Shown one piece after another: positions 32,875 through 45,900 of a DNA stretch of 49,817 bases. The notes beneath the pieces are model-generated. The model did no database searches. It had not been told where the DNA came from and saw only the letters and a list, made by a program, of their open reading frames with translations. The stretch spans positions 1 to 49,817 of the forward strand of contig JAUCBJ010006581.1 in NCBI GenBank assembly GCA_032718475.1. The letters are read 5' to 3'. Origin of the DNA: Nemertoderma westbladi (taxonomy: Eukaryota; Animalia; Xenacoelomorpha). The position numbers were made by a program, and so were the translations under genes. Position 1 is the first letter of the stretch. Every line of letters begins with the position of its first letter.

Positions 32875-35035
32875 CTAGACGTGCTTAGAGTTATACTCAG
32901 TAACGGCCTGGAACAAGTGGCGTCCGAAAGAAGGGTGTTCAATGCCAACTTTATACTTCAACCAGGTTTGCATAAAGTCATAATGCACAGACTCTGAAGC
33001 TTGCTCACTAAAGTAACCAAGAGCTAAGTTTCTGCTCTTGCAGAATTGGACTACATGAAAGAACACAGCATGCACCTTTGGTGTCACACTGATGTTGAGA
33101 GTCATATATAGTTGCTGGAATTTACCAATTTTTTGATCAAAGTTAGTTTCTAACTGTTTTCCGAAACAGGATTTGACTACATCGTTGAAACAATGAAACG
33201 TATCAATCAGTAAAGTCTTTATATTCATTGGGACAGATCTGACGAAGTTTGTCCACAGCTTTTAGAAGTGTTCTACATGAATTGCCATTAAATGTGCCAC
33301 CATGTAGGGCATCGCGTTGAACATTACAGGCTTGTGGCCACTTGATAATGTCAGGCCAAACCTTGGAAAGGCCATCATACATGGTGTTAACAGTGCCTGT
33401 CAACAGGTGCAGCTCTGGTGGTGGAATTAAATCTAGCACCAAACTTTCCTTATTTCCTATTTCAATTGGAACATGAGCACAGTTTGCAAACTTCTTAGCC
33501 TTTTTACCATCCCGCGCAGTCTCACTATTCCACGACCAAAAATGTTCTTCAATGTTCCTCAGTGTTCGCATTGTGCCAATCTCTACTAGATTAGACCGGT
33601 GTGACTCACACCAACAACAAGGAAAACTAGCACCATGAGCCATAAGCCCAACGATGATATTTGCAAGCTTTAGATCACAGGCAATAAATGGAGATGGTGA
33701 TAGCTTGGCAAATGTAGGCGATAGATCAAGCTTAAGCCAAATCTTTAGAAGATTCGTGTAGCTTTCCTGTACGTCTGGGGCAGTAAAGAGAATAATTATT
33801 CTTTTTACACCACTTTCCAACCGATTCTTTGCAGCAACTCCATCAGTATAACAATGTCTATGAGTTTTTTCAGTGTTGCTGGCAGAAATCGAAGAGTTTG
33901 GAATTGACACCAAACTTAAACACAATTTCATGAAACCACCTCCACCATCAATGCCTATCTTCCACTGCAATGAGCGATCAAAGCTTTCCCGCTGTTGGAT
34001 TATATACTGCACCAGATTCTCTGTATTGGTGCAAAAAACTGCACTCCTTGGAGATGTCTCAAATTTATTACCATTTGCTTCCTTTGCTATAAAATTCATG
34101 ACCTGAACATCGAAAAATTGGTCCAGTTGATGATTAGTTTTTCGCAAGTTTTCCCTTAAATGTGGCTCTATAACACATCTATTATCGGTAGATGTACGAA
34201 TGTGAGTGGCTAGACGTATCAACTTGTTGGAACTCAGATTTAAATCAACCTGTATTTGAGACATATCCTCGGTAGTAAACAAGGTACGCTTAGCTGTCGA
34301 GCACTGACTAACTTCCTCTGTACCTTCTAGTCGACGTTTCGATCCAACTTCAATATGCAAAGGCCAACCACCGTTACTTTTACTCAAGTTTAATTGCGAA
34401 GTGGATGCAGAATTATCATCAGTTGCCTGGTTTATTAGATTCCTAGTAAGCTTTTCTTTGGTCGAGGGTGTTGCTGCAAGTTCAGCTAAATTAGCAACTC
34501 GAGTTGACCGGTTACATGTATGACTCAAACCGGGTCCTACTGTTGAAAAGCAGAAACTGCACAACTTAATTGGTTTTGGTGCACTTCCAGCAATATCTGT
34601 GACAGGGATAGGCCCAATTTGTTGTTTAGATGGAGGATGACCCCGTCGATCATGTGGAGAAGGGTCGGTTGGAAGCCTTTCCACTCCACCGAGGGCAGAT
34701 ATTCTCGCTGCCTTGCAAACAAGACATAAACATTCTCCGCCGACGTTTGAAAAGTGCGATGCCCTTGTTATCGGCCTGTTAAGAAGTGAGTGGTCGAAAA
34801 GTTTTATTTTACGCATAAACTTTCCCTTGGAATAGTCCTGGAGCGCAGTACGACACGTTGAGCATATAGATGTCGGCAAACGATCATCGTTGGAACTGTA
34901 ACCTTCCTTGATAACGAACAATCGTATTAGTTCCTCGTGTTTTTCGTTAATCTTCCGCATTTCTTTCGTTTTACCGAAACATAAAGCACAAATTGCATTC
35001 CGGGCATCTTCATGGCTTCTAACCTGTTTAGGCAT
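32875..35035 (-). pseudogene. Chapaev transposase (about 718 aa) broken by a single 4-bp duplication
   Basis: N-terminal Chapa-type Zn motif H-x7-CxxC...LP..ICSTC...CxCxxC; core GIDGG, CDLKLAN, CCWC, PPPELHL, TPKVH, SEQASESVH. ATCA is duplicated at 33202-33209, and removing one copy fuses the two ORFs (DFTDTFHC). Confidence 0.88.
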
Positions 35036-35139
35036 TATATTCTACCAGTAAGAAACAAATTAAATTAATTTACAGTAATGAAGAGGTACCAGGAATAACG
35101 GTATATCACAGAACTTGTAATTCAGAACATTGATTCAGT

Positions 35140-35294
35140 ATTCGATTTGAATTTCCCTCTCCATTCTACAAATTTGTAGAATGGAGAGGGAAATTCAAAT
35201 CGAATTTAATCGACCATTCCATGCTGGAATTTTAGTCCTGTTACTTTGCAAAGTAACAGGACTAAAATTCCAGCATGGAATGGTCGATTAAATT
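35140..35294. repeat. Two abutting perfect, spacer-less palindromes (66 bp at 35140-35205; 92 bp at 35203-35294)
   Basis: Arms of 33 nt and 46 nt checked base by base; centres are CAAA|TTTG and TTTG|CAAA. Confidence 0.95.
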
Positions 35295-35589
35295 AAATTA
35301 TAAATTATATTATTAGATTATATTATTATATTTTGATTTTATTTTTATGTCTATATATTCGCCTGTTTATGTTTGCGTAAATGTAGAATTTACCTAAATT
35401 CGGTAATATTACATAACTAATGTTAAAAGTAACTAATAATATTAAATTATTACGAACGGTCAGTGTAGAAAAGCTGAAAATACTTCCTGTGTACTAACTA
35501 TGTATGGTAGCTGCTCCATATAGCTTATTATGACCTGACATTTATAGTTAAAGAAATTTATAACAATAATTATTATTAATTTTAGTTAA

Positions 35590-36065
35590 TTAATTAAATA
35601 ATTTATTAAATAAATGCTGAAGGGCTCCGTAAAATTTTTTCGTTTTTCTTTTTTTGAAATCAGCTCAGAAAACTGACTCTAGAAATGGTCTCACTTTGTC
35701 TGGGCATTTTCAGTTAAATAAATTTATAATATTAGTATTAATATTGGTTAATTAATTAAATATTCAGTAAATAAATCCTGAAGGGCTCCGTAAAATTTTT
35801 TAATTTTTCTTGTTTTGAAATCAGCTCAGAAAACTGACTCTAGAAATGGTCTCACTTTGTCTGGGCATTTTCAGTTAAATAAATTTATAATATTAGTATT
35901 AATATTGGTTAATTAATTAAATATTCAGTAAATAAATCCCGAAGGGCTCCATAAAATATTTTCGTTTTTCTTATTTTGAATTCAGCGCAGAAAACTGATC
36001 CTAGAAATGGTCTCCTTTTGCCTGGGCATTTTCAAGTCCCAAGATTCGATTTCAGGCACACTGTG
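35590..36065. repeat. Right TIR/subterminal array, 3 inverted copies of the 160-bp unit
   Basis: GGGCATTTTC at 35702, 35863 and 36024. Confidence 0.92.
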
Positions 36066-36229
36066 CACAATCATATTCATATAGCATCTGCAATAGAATA
36101 CATGAAAAATAACAAATAACAAATAACAACTCCTACTCCAATACTGGTCCAGTATGAAACAGTCAGTGTATAACATCAGGCAAAAAACCTCAATTATTGT
36201 TATATCAGTTTTGAGTTAAATCTGATTCC

Positions 36230-37019
36230 ATGAGTCGTGATCGTTATATATCGATTCTCCGGGTTATTCGATTTTCGAACCCAAACAATGTAGATCCTGA
36301 GGACAGGGAAACAAGAATCCACGGTATTATAGAATTAGTAAGTGATATCTATAAACAGTATACACCAGGTCGGAATTTATCCCTTGATGAAGCATTACTA
36401 CTTTTCAAAGGTCGGCTCGGATTCAAAGATTTTATTTGCACGAAACATTCCCGCTTTGGGATCAAACGATTTAATTCTTTGTGACTCTAATGGGTATTTG
36501 GTTGTTGCAAGGGTGTATTTTGGGAAGAATGCCACAATACCCCAGATATTGGCAACACCACAGGTTTCACATAGCGAGAACATAGTCGCTTTGTTACTTG
36601 ATAAATCCGATTTATTGAAGAAAGGATACATTGTCCACATAGATAACTGGTCAAAAAACGTCGCCAGGCGAGTGCTAGTATAGCACTCGCCTGGCGACGT
36701 TTTTTGACAATTCAACTGGTGTGAGAGGAACGATAAATGTAACTAGAGGAATTGTGATAACGCCCGTAAGTGGCACCGTGGCGTCTACGAAAGTGACAGT
36801 TGTGATTCTGTAGTTCCAGGGCCAGGGGCCTTTGTCCACCACTCCCTCACACTAATTCCACTAACACCGAAGGTTCGCAAACCAAGAAACCGTTGCCGAT
36901 TGTGTTACTCTGATGGGTGCAAAGAAAAACTGTCACGATATTATTGCCCGCAATGCCCCTCTAAGCCATCTCTATGTCTGGAGTGTGCGACTCCGTGGCA
37001 CAAGAACATAAAACAATAG
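36230..37019 (+). pseudogene. piggyBac transposase remnant, frameshifted and internally deleted
   Basis: MSRDRY..ILR.IRF, SLDEALLLFKGR, RFGIK, LCDS.GY, VYFGK and HIDNW; then a deletion; then the C-terminal Cys-rich domain RCRLC...SRYYCPQC..KPSLCLECATPWH ending at the stop 37017-37019. Confidence 0.9.
36650..36708. repeat. Perfect 28-bp inverted repeat with a 3-nt loop at the piggyBac deletion junction
   Basis: GTCAAAAAACGTCGCCAGGCGAGTGCTA-GTA-TAGCACTCGCCTGGCGACGTTTTTTGAC. Confidence 0.95.
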
Positions 37020-37104
37020 GTATCTGTTCACTATAATACCAATGTAATATCAATCAATCAATCATTTAATATATTTTTAACTATATTAGTCATTTTTTTA
37101 TTCG

Positions 37105-37600
37105 ATAATTTTGACAGACTGACCGACAGACAGACAGACTGTAAACCGACAGGGTATATTCAACCAAACATGAGAATTGACTTCAGAAATGCAATCAGCG
37201 TCCAGAAAAACCCCCCATGGCGAACGTTTTAGCTGCGTGGTAGAATTTTTTAATTTTGACAGACAAATTGACCGACAGACAGACAAAACAGTAAACCGAC
37301 AGAGTATATTTAACCAAACATGGGAATTGACTTCAGATATGAAATCAGCGTCCAGAAAAACACCCATGGCGAACGTTTAAGCTGCGTGGTAGAATTTTAT
37401 ACTTTTGACAGACAAATTGACCGACAGTAAACCGACAGGGTATTTTCAACCAAACATGATAATTGACTTCAGAAATGCAATCAGCATCCAGAAAAACCCC
37501 CATGGCGAACAATTTAGCTGCATGGTAGAATTTTTTAATTTTGACAGACAAATTGACCGACAGACAGACAAAACAGTAAACTGACAGAGTATATTTAACT
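37105..37600. repeat. About 3.3 tandem copies of a 136-150 bp unit with (GACA)n tracts; probably transposon subterminal repeats
   Basis: GTAAACCGACAG at 37141, 37291 and 37427, with a variant at 37576. Confidence 0.85.
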
Positions 37601-39523
37601 CTAACTTTTAGAGTTATTATTTAGAATTTAGAATTTAACTCTTTGCATGACTTTTCATTTTTTGGGGTAAAAATTAATTTTATAATTTTTCACACTTAAA
37701 ACAGTCCCATGAGTACTAAATAATCGAAAAAATTGAAAAAAAATATTTTTGTGGCATAATTCACAATTGTATCACATTTGATACAGCATGCTTCCTATTG
37801 ATGTATCATATATGATACAATTAGAAAATAATATGTATTTCATCACAAAAAGTGAAACTAAAACTGTATTCATATTAATTTTCAAAACAATTATACAATG
37901 ACAACAACGGATATTGATTATTATTATTGACAGTGAAATTGCTTGAAGCAGTTCCGTGTTAAATTGAGACACAGGTGCACATTACATTTCTCGCATTTAA
38001 AACAAGTAAATCGCTTACATCCCGGACATCCCGAAGCTATAAGTTCTCACATATAGTTCTCACAAAGTTCTCACAATAGACAGTTTCAAAAATCTACTGG
38101 ACAATTTATAAACTGTGTCAATAACTAATTATCGTAAAGGTTTTGTGCAGTATTATATTTGATATTATTTGTACCGCATATGTAAATTGTCAATAAACAT
38201 ATCTATCTATGTAGAATATATTTATTTATACATTTATGTAAAAACAATAACAAATACACCAAACATAATGTACTGTATATAGGTAATGTCCAACACAACA
38301 TATAGGATTACCCATAAAGCTCTGCAGCTTATTTCCATGGGGGTCCTTAATGTTACTTGGTTACAAATACAGTACAATATGAAAAATATGAAAATGGGCA
38401 ATTGGGCTTTAACTTTTACTTTCTTTTTTTCATATCAATAACACTATTAGTAATGGTGGGGTCTATAAAACATTAAATGCCCTAAGGAAGGTTGGGGGGG
38501 GGGGGGGGGGTAGGCGCAATTCATCCTCATTAATTACAATTTTTCTAATTCTTCATAATATTTTTATAAAAATACATCCCTTAAAATCAAATCATTACAA
38601 CTTATGATACATTAATAAATTGTTGATTAACACAGAACCACCATTATTCCTCTAATCCAAATATATTGTAGTATAATACAGTATAATTGTAAGGCTTTAT
38701 ACCTACAATATACTGCTCCATACAAATAGCCTAAGAGAGCGGCATTACCGGTACCAATTTCCGCGGACATAAAAAGATAAAATCAGCGGACATAATGAGT
38801 AAATTCAACGGACAAAAACAATTATTGTGGATCTAAAGCACTACTGTATCCTAGTGGACCAGTGAATCCTTTGACAATCAGTGAATACCTACTACCCACA
38901 GCCTCCTCAACCCCACCTCTCTCTCTCACAAACTCAGCTGTCCTACCAAACTAATGTGTTCTATAATATATCCCTATAGAACCTGTTGTATTACATCTAA
39001 CCAATATTAGTTAACTTCTCTACCTTCATGAAGGGCCTATGAATTTCGATGGTTACACCAAATAATTCCACTCTGCTACTAATGACTCACCAGCAGATAG
39101 CTTTTCCAGCGCCCTTCATTGATTGGCTAAACTCTTGGCTATCATTTGGTTACATGTTATGCCTGCACTGCCTATAAGCAAACCAACAACAATATTCTGT
39201 ACATTATTACTGTTCTGGGTTTGGGTATTGCGTTATTTTATATATATAGCTAATGGTCTGAATGTAGATCAATCACAGGATCGGACCACTTTTCTTCATA
39301 TTTGTTTTTAAGCCTAAGGCAGCAAGGCAGGTAGCAAATGTAGCATACTGTAACCGTATTTATATTAATTAATTGCTTTGATTTTAGGTGTAAGCATAAG
39401 TACTTTGTAAACATAGGCCTGTCTACCTGTAGCTTCTATGCTATATCAGTTCAGTACATAGTAGGCCAATACTTAGGCTGTTAGGCCACCAGTATTGGTT
39501 ATGTAGAGTTATGTAGTGGTAGA

Positions 39524-39760
39524 GGGCGGGTAGCTCAGTTGGTTGAGCGCCGGGCCTGCAATCTATTGGTTGTAGGTTCAGCCCCGCCAGGGTCCACTCA
39601 GCCTTTCATCCACTGGGGTCGATAAAATGAGTACCAGTTAAATAACTGGGAGCAAATCTTGGGATAGGAGTAGCGCCCACCCCTACCCTCGGGTAGCAGC
39701 TATCGAAAGAGGAGCCTTCGGGTTGCCTCCGGCTTCGGCCGACTGTTTGCTTGCTTGATT
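39524..39760 (+). mobile_element. tRNA-derived SINE with a Meta-like central domain
   Basis: A-box TAGCTCAGTTGG, degenerate B-box GGTTCAGCCCC, central CCACTCAGCCTTTCATCC....GGTCGATAAAATGAGTACCAG (recalled as MetaSINE-like), structured tail and (TGCT)n end. Confidence 0.75.
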
Positions 39761-39985
39761 GGTTATGTGGTTTGGAAACAGTGGAATTGTGCACTGGAAA
39801 GCACCCAACCACCCAGACCACCCACCGTGGTCTTGTGGTTCTTTAAATTAATCTAATTAATCTAATCTAATTATTAATTAATCATAATAATTAATTTATC
39901 TAATCTATAGCCCCGGTTTCAATGATTTAATATAGCTACAGTACTATAGTTATAGTATTATATACTAATACTAGCTATAGTAATA

Positions 39986-42900
39986 TTAAAGACGGCGTCG
40001 AGACGCCGTGAAGGAACCGAAGTTAAACCAAACCGAAACAAATATTTTTACAGGCCATAAGCCGCTAACTATTTTTTTCAGGATATCATCTAACTCTAAA
40101 CCAGTTTCGAATCTGAGCGCCTGGTTACAAATCTGTATTTCCGCATTACGAATCAATGTGTTTGGTTAAAAATATGAGCACCTTGTCACGAATTGATGTC
40201 CCTGGTTACAATTTGTTACAAATGGTTGCAAATATGAGCACCCAGTATCAGTCAGCACTACCTATACTAATACTGTAATTTGCACGTATGTTCAGCATTT
40301 ATAATAAAAAATTGCACCAAGGTAGTGAACAAAGGAGACAGGGGTGGAAGTGGACGCAAAACCCACCTTGGCGAATTAATATCCCGCCTCAATGTTAAAT
40401 TCTCAATTTAGGGAAAAGAATCTCATATCTCATAATCTGTTCCTAATAGTATAGTTTACCAAAAGTACCCTACAGTTAGGTTCATATATGGCGAGTCAGA
40501 ACTGCGAATAACCAGCGAACTTAGGTGTAGGTTTCAGTGTATGTGTGTGTCGGAAGCCAATATCAGAATATATAACTAGTCATAGTATAATTATAATTGT
40601 TCGCTGAGAGAGTTAGGCCTCACTCGTGTACACTACTCTATAACTAAAAAAAGTCATTCAGGTGGACAGCTTTCCCCACTCTGTATTCCCTCTGGTTTGA
40701 CAGATTAATATAATTAATGTTTGCCAAGCAAGTCATTAACTCACCTCCCTCTCGGATTTTTAAATACATCAATTATTATTTTATTATTAGCTGAGTATAG
40801 TACCATTAACGGTAACCAGCACTATGTGTGTAACTAAAATTCATTCCGCTGACCCACAACCCACCACCACCTTGTAGATATTCCCTTAGGAAGCACGGGG
40901 AAGAGTTATTCAGCTGATGGGATAATAGTAGATTACAAACTAACCAAAATGTTTGCTTATAGTCTGGGTTGAAAGAGTGAGTGATTAAATAAAAACTTGG
41001 CACAGAAAGTACATCCTTGTTAGTTGGCCCTTTCTCTATTGAATAGAATCACTAGGACCTCTATACATTTTTCATGCGCTCCAGCTGGTGTTTTATCATT
41101 GCGCCTATGGCGTTTTTTCGTTTATGACTATTTTTCGAGCCCACATTCTATGGACAGACATGGGACCAGCGGGAAACGATAGTGGTCATCAAAACATTGC
41201 GTTATGCAAAATTTTAACAAAATCGTTAGAGCCGTTTTTATGTTATTTCGCTTCAAAATATTACTACTATTACATCAAATTCTTACAGAAAGTAACCTTC
41301 GGTTCCTAACTAGAGACGGCGTCAAGACGCCGTTAAGCAAGTCGGAAGTCGTCAATCAAAGGTAAGTTCCCTCAACAATGTTTACCTTTGTTCAGAAGGG
41401 AAGTGTTATTTATCTATGGTCAGAGAGAGATCCCACTCTGTAATTTGGCAATTGCTCAAATCCATTCAGCTGAATGACTCAGTAGAGTAAACTAAAGTAA
41501 ATTCCCTCAGCCTCAACAATGTTTGCCTATGGTGTGAAGGGAATCTGACAGAGAATAATCTTAGCCACTAAATGTCATTCACCTAACAAAACATTTTGAA
41601 TGCCACAGTGATTAACCCAATACAGATAATAAGCAGTTATTTTTATATTTCAAACAATAATGTTAGTGTAAGCCTTACAGAGTATCAGTATGAGGCTGAG
41701 TAAACATTCCGCCTTATAAGCATACAGCCTCCACAGTATTAATGTTGGCCAAAAGATTTAAAAATAAAATACAGTGCAATAGTACTCTGTAACCTACAGT
41801 CATTCAGCTTGCACTAAATATCAATCACCTATAAAACATTTAAACATTTTGAATGCCACAGTATGTAACCTGATACAGATAATAAGCAGTGATTTTTATG
41901 TGTTAAACTATAACGTTAGTGTTAGCCTTACAGTGTATCAGTATGAAGCTGAGTAAACATTCGCCTTATAAGCATACAACCTCCAAAGTATTAATGTTGG
42001 ACGAAAGATTTAAAAATAAAATAAGAGTGCAGTACTGTAGTACTCTGTAACTAACAGTCATTCAGCTTGCACTAAATGTCAACCACCTATAAAACATTTT
42101 GAATGCCACAGTGATTATTAACCCAATACAGATAATAATAAGTGATTTTTATATTTCAAACTATAATGTTAGTCTTAGCCTTACAGAGTATCAGTATAAG
42201 GCTGAGTAAACATTCCACCTTATAAGCATACAGCTTCCACTGTATTAATGTTGGCATTAATGTAGCCAATACACTGTACCTAACAGTCATTCAGCAGGGG
42301 GAAGAGTTATTCAGCTGAGGCGGTAATAGATTGCAAACTAAACCAACCAGTTGGCAGCCTCACCGATTTATACTAAGCCTGTGTAGAACCACAAACTAAA
42401 TCAACCAGTTAATATTTGCTTTGACAGAGTGTCCTAGGGCCTAAACAAACAGTATGGGTGTACTAAGTATAATAATCTTGGCAACCTCATCGATTTATTA
42501 CTAAGCCTTGTGTAGAAATGCATTACATAAGCCATTTTTCATCAGGACACCAGCTGTCATTGGTGTTATTTTACCATTGCGCCTATGGCGTTTTTTCGTT
42601 TATCTCTATTTTTCGAGCCCAGAGGCTATGGACGGAGTAGCCGATCATGCCAGGGACCTTAGAATCGCGGTATCTAGATGCTGTGAAAATTTCATCAAAA
42701 TCGTTAGAGTAGTTTTGGCTGTAGATCGCCAGCCAGTCAGCCAGTCAGCAGCCAGCCAGTCAGTCAACAATTCTTACAGTAATCAAGTCTAACGACTTGC
42801 CTAACTAGTGACGGGCCTAGCGGCCCGATAAGGAACCGACTTTTTATTTTAATTTAAAAGAGACAACGAGAATTAGTATAGAACTAATAATTATGTAAAA

Positions 42901-45900
42901 ATACAATCATATTTCATACAATAATTATTAATAAATTTGATCTATTATTATTTGCTCAATTCTAGAACAAAATCGACCTGCAACTAGTGAAGACCTCGTT
43001 TTGGAATTTCGAAACCACGCTGGTGCGATGCGCGATATCGTGTTTAGTTAATAAATTGAAAACTCCATCAGTTCATGTGCAACCAGTAATAAGAAATCGC
43101 GATAAATGTAATTAAATAAAAATTATTCTAGAAAAATTTTCCTCAAAAAGTATGAAGTCTTGGCATTGGTGACGCGAAACTAGGCTAGTGAGATTCAGGA
43201 TATTGCGTTTAATATAAAAATCGAAAACGCTATCGAATTCCGTAAAGGCGTTAATAAAATACTGCAACTTTTTTGAAATTTGTAAAATTCTAGAACTAGA
43301 AAAAATTAATTTTTGAACGGCGCTGTTTGGGGTTTCGAAACATGGATAGGCTGAAAGAGGACATCGAATTAAGTTGAAAAATGAAAACCCCATCGAATTT
43401 GGACAAAGCGTTCCGGAGTTATAGCGGATCGAAAAAAATTGACCCCCCCCAGTCGCCAAAAATTTACAGTAATTTAAAATTTTGCAAAAAAAATTTTTTG
43501 CGTTATTTTTGATGGCGAATCGATTGGCAGTACTGGCTACAAAAATTTTTTTTTTGAAATTTTTGGTCAGAAAAAAAAACATGGAAAAAGTATATTTTTA
43601 AAAGATTTCATGTCTTTGCCTATGGTCAGAGAATGATCCAACTCTGTAACTTGGCTATCGCTCAGAGTATCAGTATAAGGCTGAGTAAACATTCCACCTT
43701 ATAAGCATACAGCCTCCACAGTATTAATGTTGGCATTAATGTAGCCGATACACTGTATACCTAATAGTCATTCAGCAGGGGGAAGAGTTATTCAGCTGAG
43801 GCGGTAATAGATTGCAAACTAAACCAACCAGTTGGCAGCCTCACCGATTTATACTAAGCCTGTGTAGAACCACAAACTAAATCAACCAGTTAATATTTGC
43901 TTTGACAGAGAGTGCTAGGGCCTAAACAAACAGTATGGGTGTACTAAGTATAATAATCTTGGCAACCTCATCGATTTATTACTAAGCCTTGTGTAGAAAT
44001 GCATTACATAAGCCATTTTTCATCAGGACACCAGCTGTCATGGGTGTTATTTTACCATTGCGCCTATGGCGTTTTTTCGTTTATCTCTATTTTTCGAGCC
44101 CAGAGGCTATGGACGGAGTAGCCGATCATGCCAGGGACCTTAGAATCGCGGTATCTAGATGCTGTGAAAATTTCATCAAAATCGTTAGAGTAGTTTTGGC
44201 TGTAGATCAGCCAGTCAGCCAGTCAGCCAGCCAGTCAGTCAACAATTCTTACAGTAATCAAGTCTAACGACTTGCCTAACTAGTGACGGGCCTAGCGGCC
44301 CGATAAGGAACCGACTTTTTATTTTAATTTAAAAGAGACAACGAGAATTAGTATAGAACTAATAATTATGTAAAAATACAATCATATTTCATACAATAAT
44401 TATTAATAAATTTGATCTATTATTATTTGCTCAATTCTAGAACAAAATCGACCTGCAACTAGTGAAGACCTCGTTTTGGAATTTCGAAACCACGCTGGTG
44501 CGATGCGCGATATCGTGTTTAGTTAATAAATTGAAAACTCCATCAGTTCATGTGCAACCAGTAATAAGAAATCGCGATAAATGTAATTAAATAAAAATTA
44601 TTCTAGAAAAATTTTCCTCAAAAAGTATGAAGTCTTGGCATTGGTGACGCGAAACTAGGCTAGTGAGATTCAGGATATTGCGTTTAATATAAAAATCGAA
44701 AACGCTATCGAATTCCGTAAAGGCGTTAATAAAATACTGCAACTTTTTTGAAATTTGTAAAATTCTAGAACTAGAAAAAATTAATTTTTGAACGGCGCTG
44801 TTTGGGGTTTCGAAACATGGATAGGCTGAAAGAGGACATCGAATTAAGTTGAAAAATGAAAACCCCATCGAATTTGGACAAAGCGTTCCGGAGTTATAGC
44901 GGATCGAAAAAAATTGACCCCCCCCAGTCGCCAAAAATTTACAGTAATTTAAAATTTTGCAAAAAAATTTTTTTGCGTTATTTTTTATGTTGAATCGATT
45001 GGCAGTACTGGCTACAAAAATTTTTTTTTTGAAATTTTTGGTCAGAAAAAAAAACATGGAAAAAGTATATTTATTAAAAGATTTCATGTCTTTGCCTATG
45101 GTCAGAGAATGATCCAACTCTGTAACTTGGCTATCGCTCAGAGTATCAGTATAAGGCTGAGTAAACATTCCACCTTATAAGCATACAGCCTCCACAGTAT
45201 TAATGTTGGCATTAATGTAGCCGATACACTGTATACCTAATAGTCATTCAGCAGGGGGAAGAGTTATTCAGCTGAGGCGGTAATAGATTGCAAACTAAAC
45301 AAACCAGTTGGCAGCCTCATCAATTTATACTAAGCCTGTGTAGAACCACAAACTAAATCAACCAGTTAATATTTGCTTTGACAGAGAGTGCAGGGCCTAA
45401 ACAAACAGTATGGGTGTACTGAGTACAATAATCTTGGCAACCTCATCGATTTATACTAAGCCTTGTGTAGAAATCCATTACATAAGCCATTTTTCAGCAG
45501 GACACCAGCTGTCATTGGTGTTATTTTACCATTGCGCCTATGGCGTTTTTTCGTTTATGTCTATTTTTCGAGCCCAGAGGCTATGGACGGAGTAGCCGAT
45601 CATGCCAGGGACCTTAGAATCGCGGTATCTAGCCGCTGTGAAAATTTCATCAAAATCGTTAGAGTAGTTTTGGCTGTAGATCAGTCAGTCAGCCAGCCAG
45701 TCAATCAATCAATCAGCGAACAATTCTTACAGTAATCAAGTCTAACGACCTGCTAACTAGTGACGGGCCTAGCGGCCCGATAAGGAACCGACTTTTTATT
45801 TTAAATAAAAGAGACAACGAGAATTAGTATAGAACTATATGTAAAAATACAGTCATATTTCATACAATAATTATTAATAAATTTGATCTATTATTAGTTG

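Larger units (their letters stand above)
31979..36065 (-). mobile_element. Full-length Chapaev (CMC superfamily) DNA transposon
   Basis: Termini CACAGTGTGCCTGAAAT... and ...ATTTCAGGCACACTGTG, long TIRs, a 4-bp flanking duplication CACA (31975-78 and 36066-69), and an internal transposase. Confidence 0.88.

Noticed and set aside
39524-39592. Functional tRNA gene
   Set aside because: The anticodon and T arms pair poorly, the B-box is degenerate, and the sequence runs directly into a SINE body.
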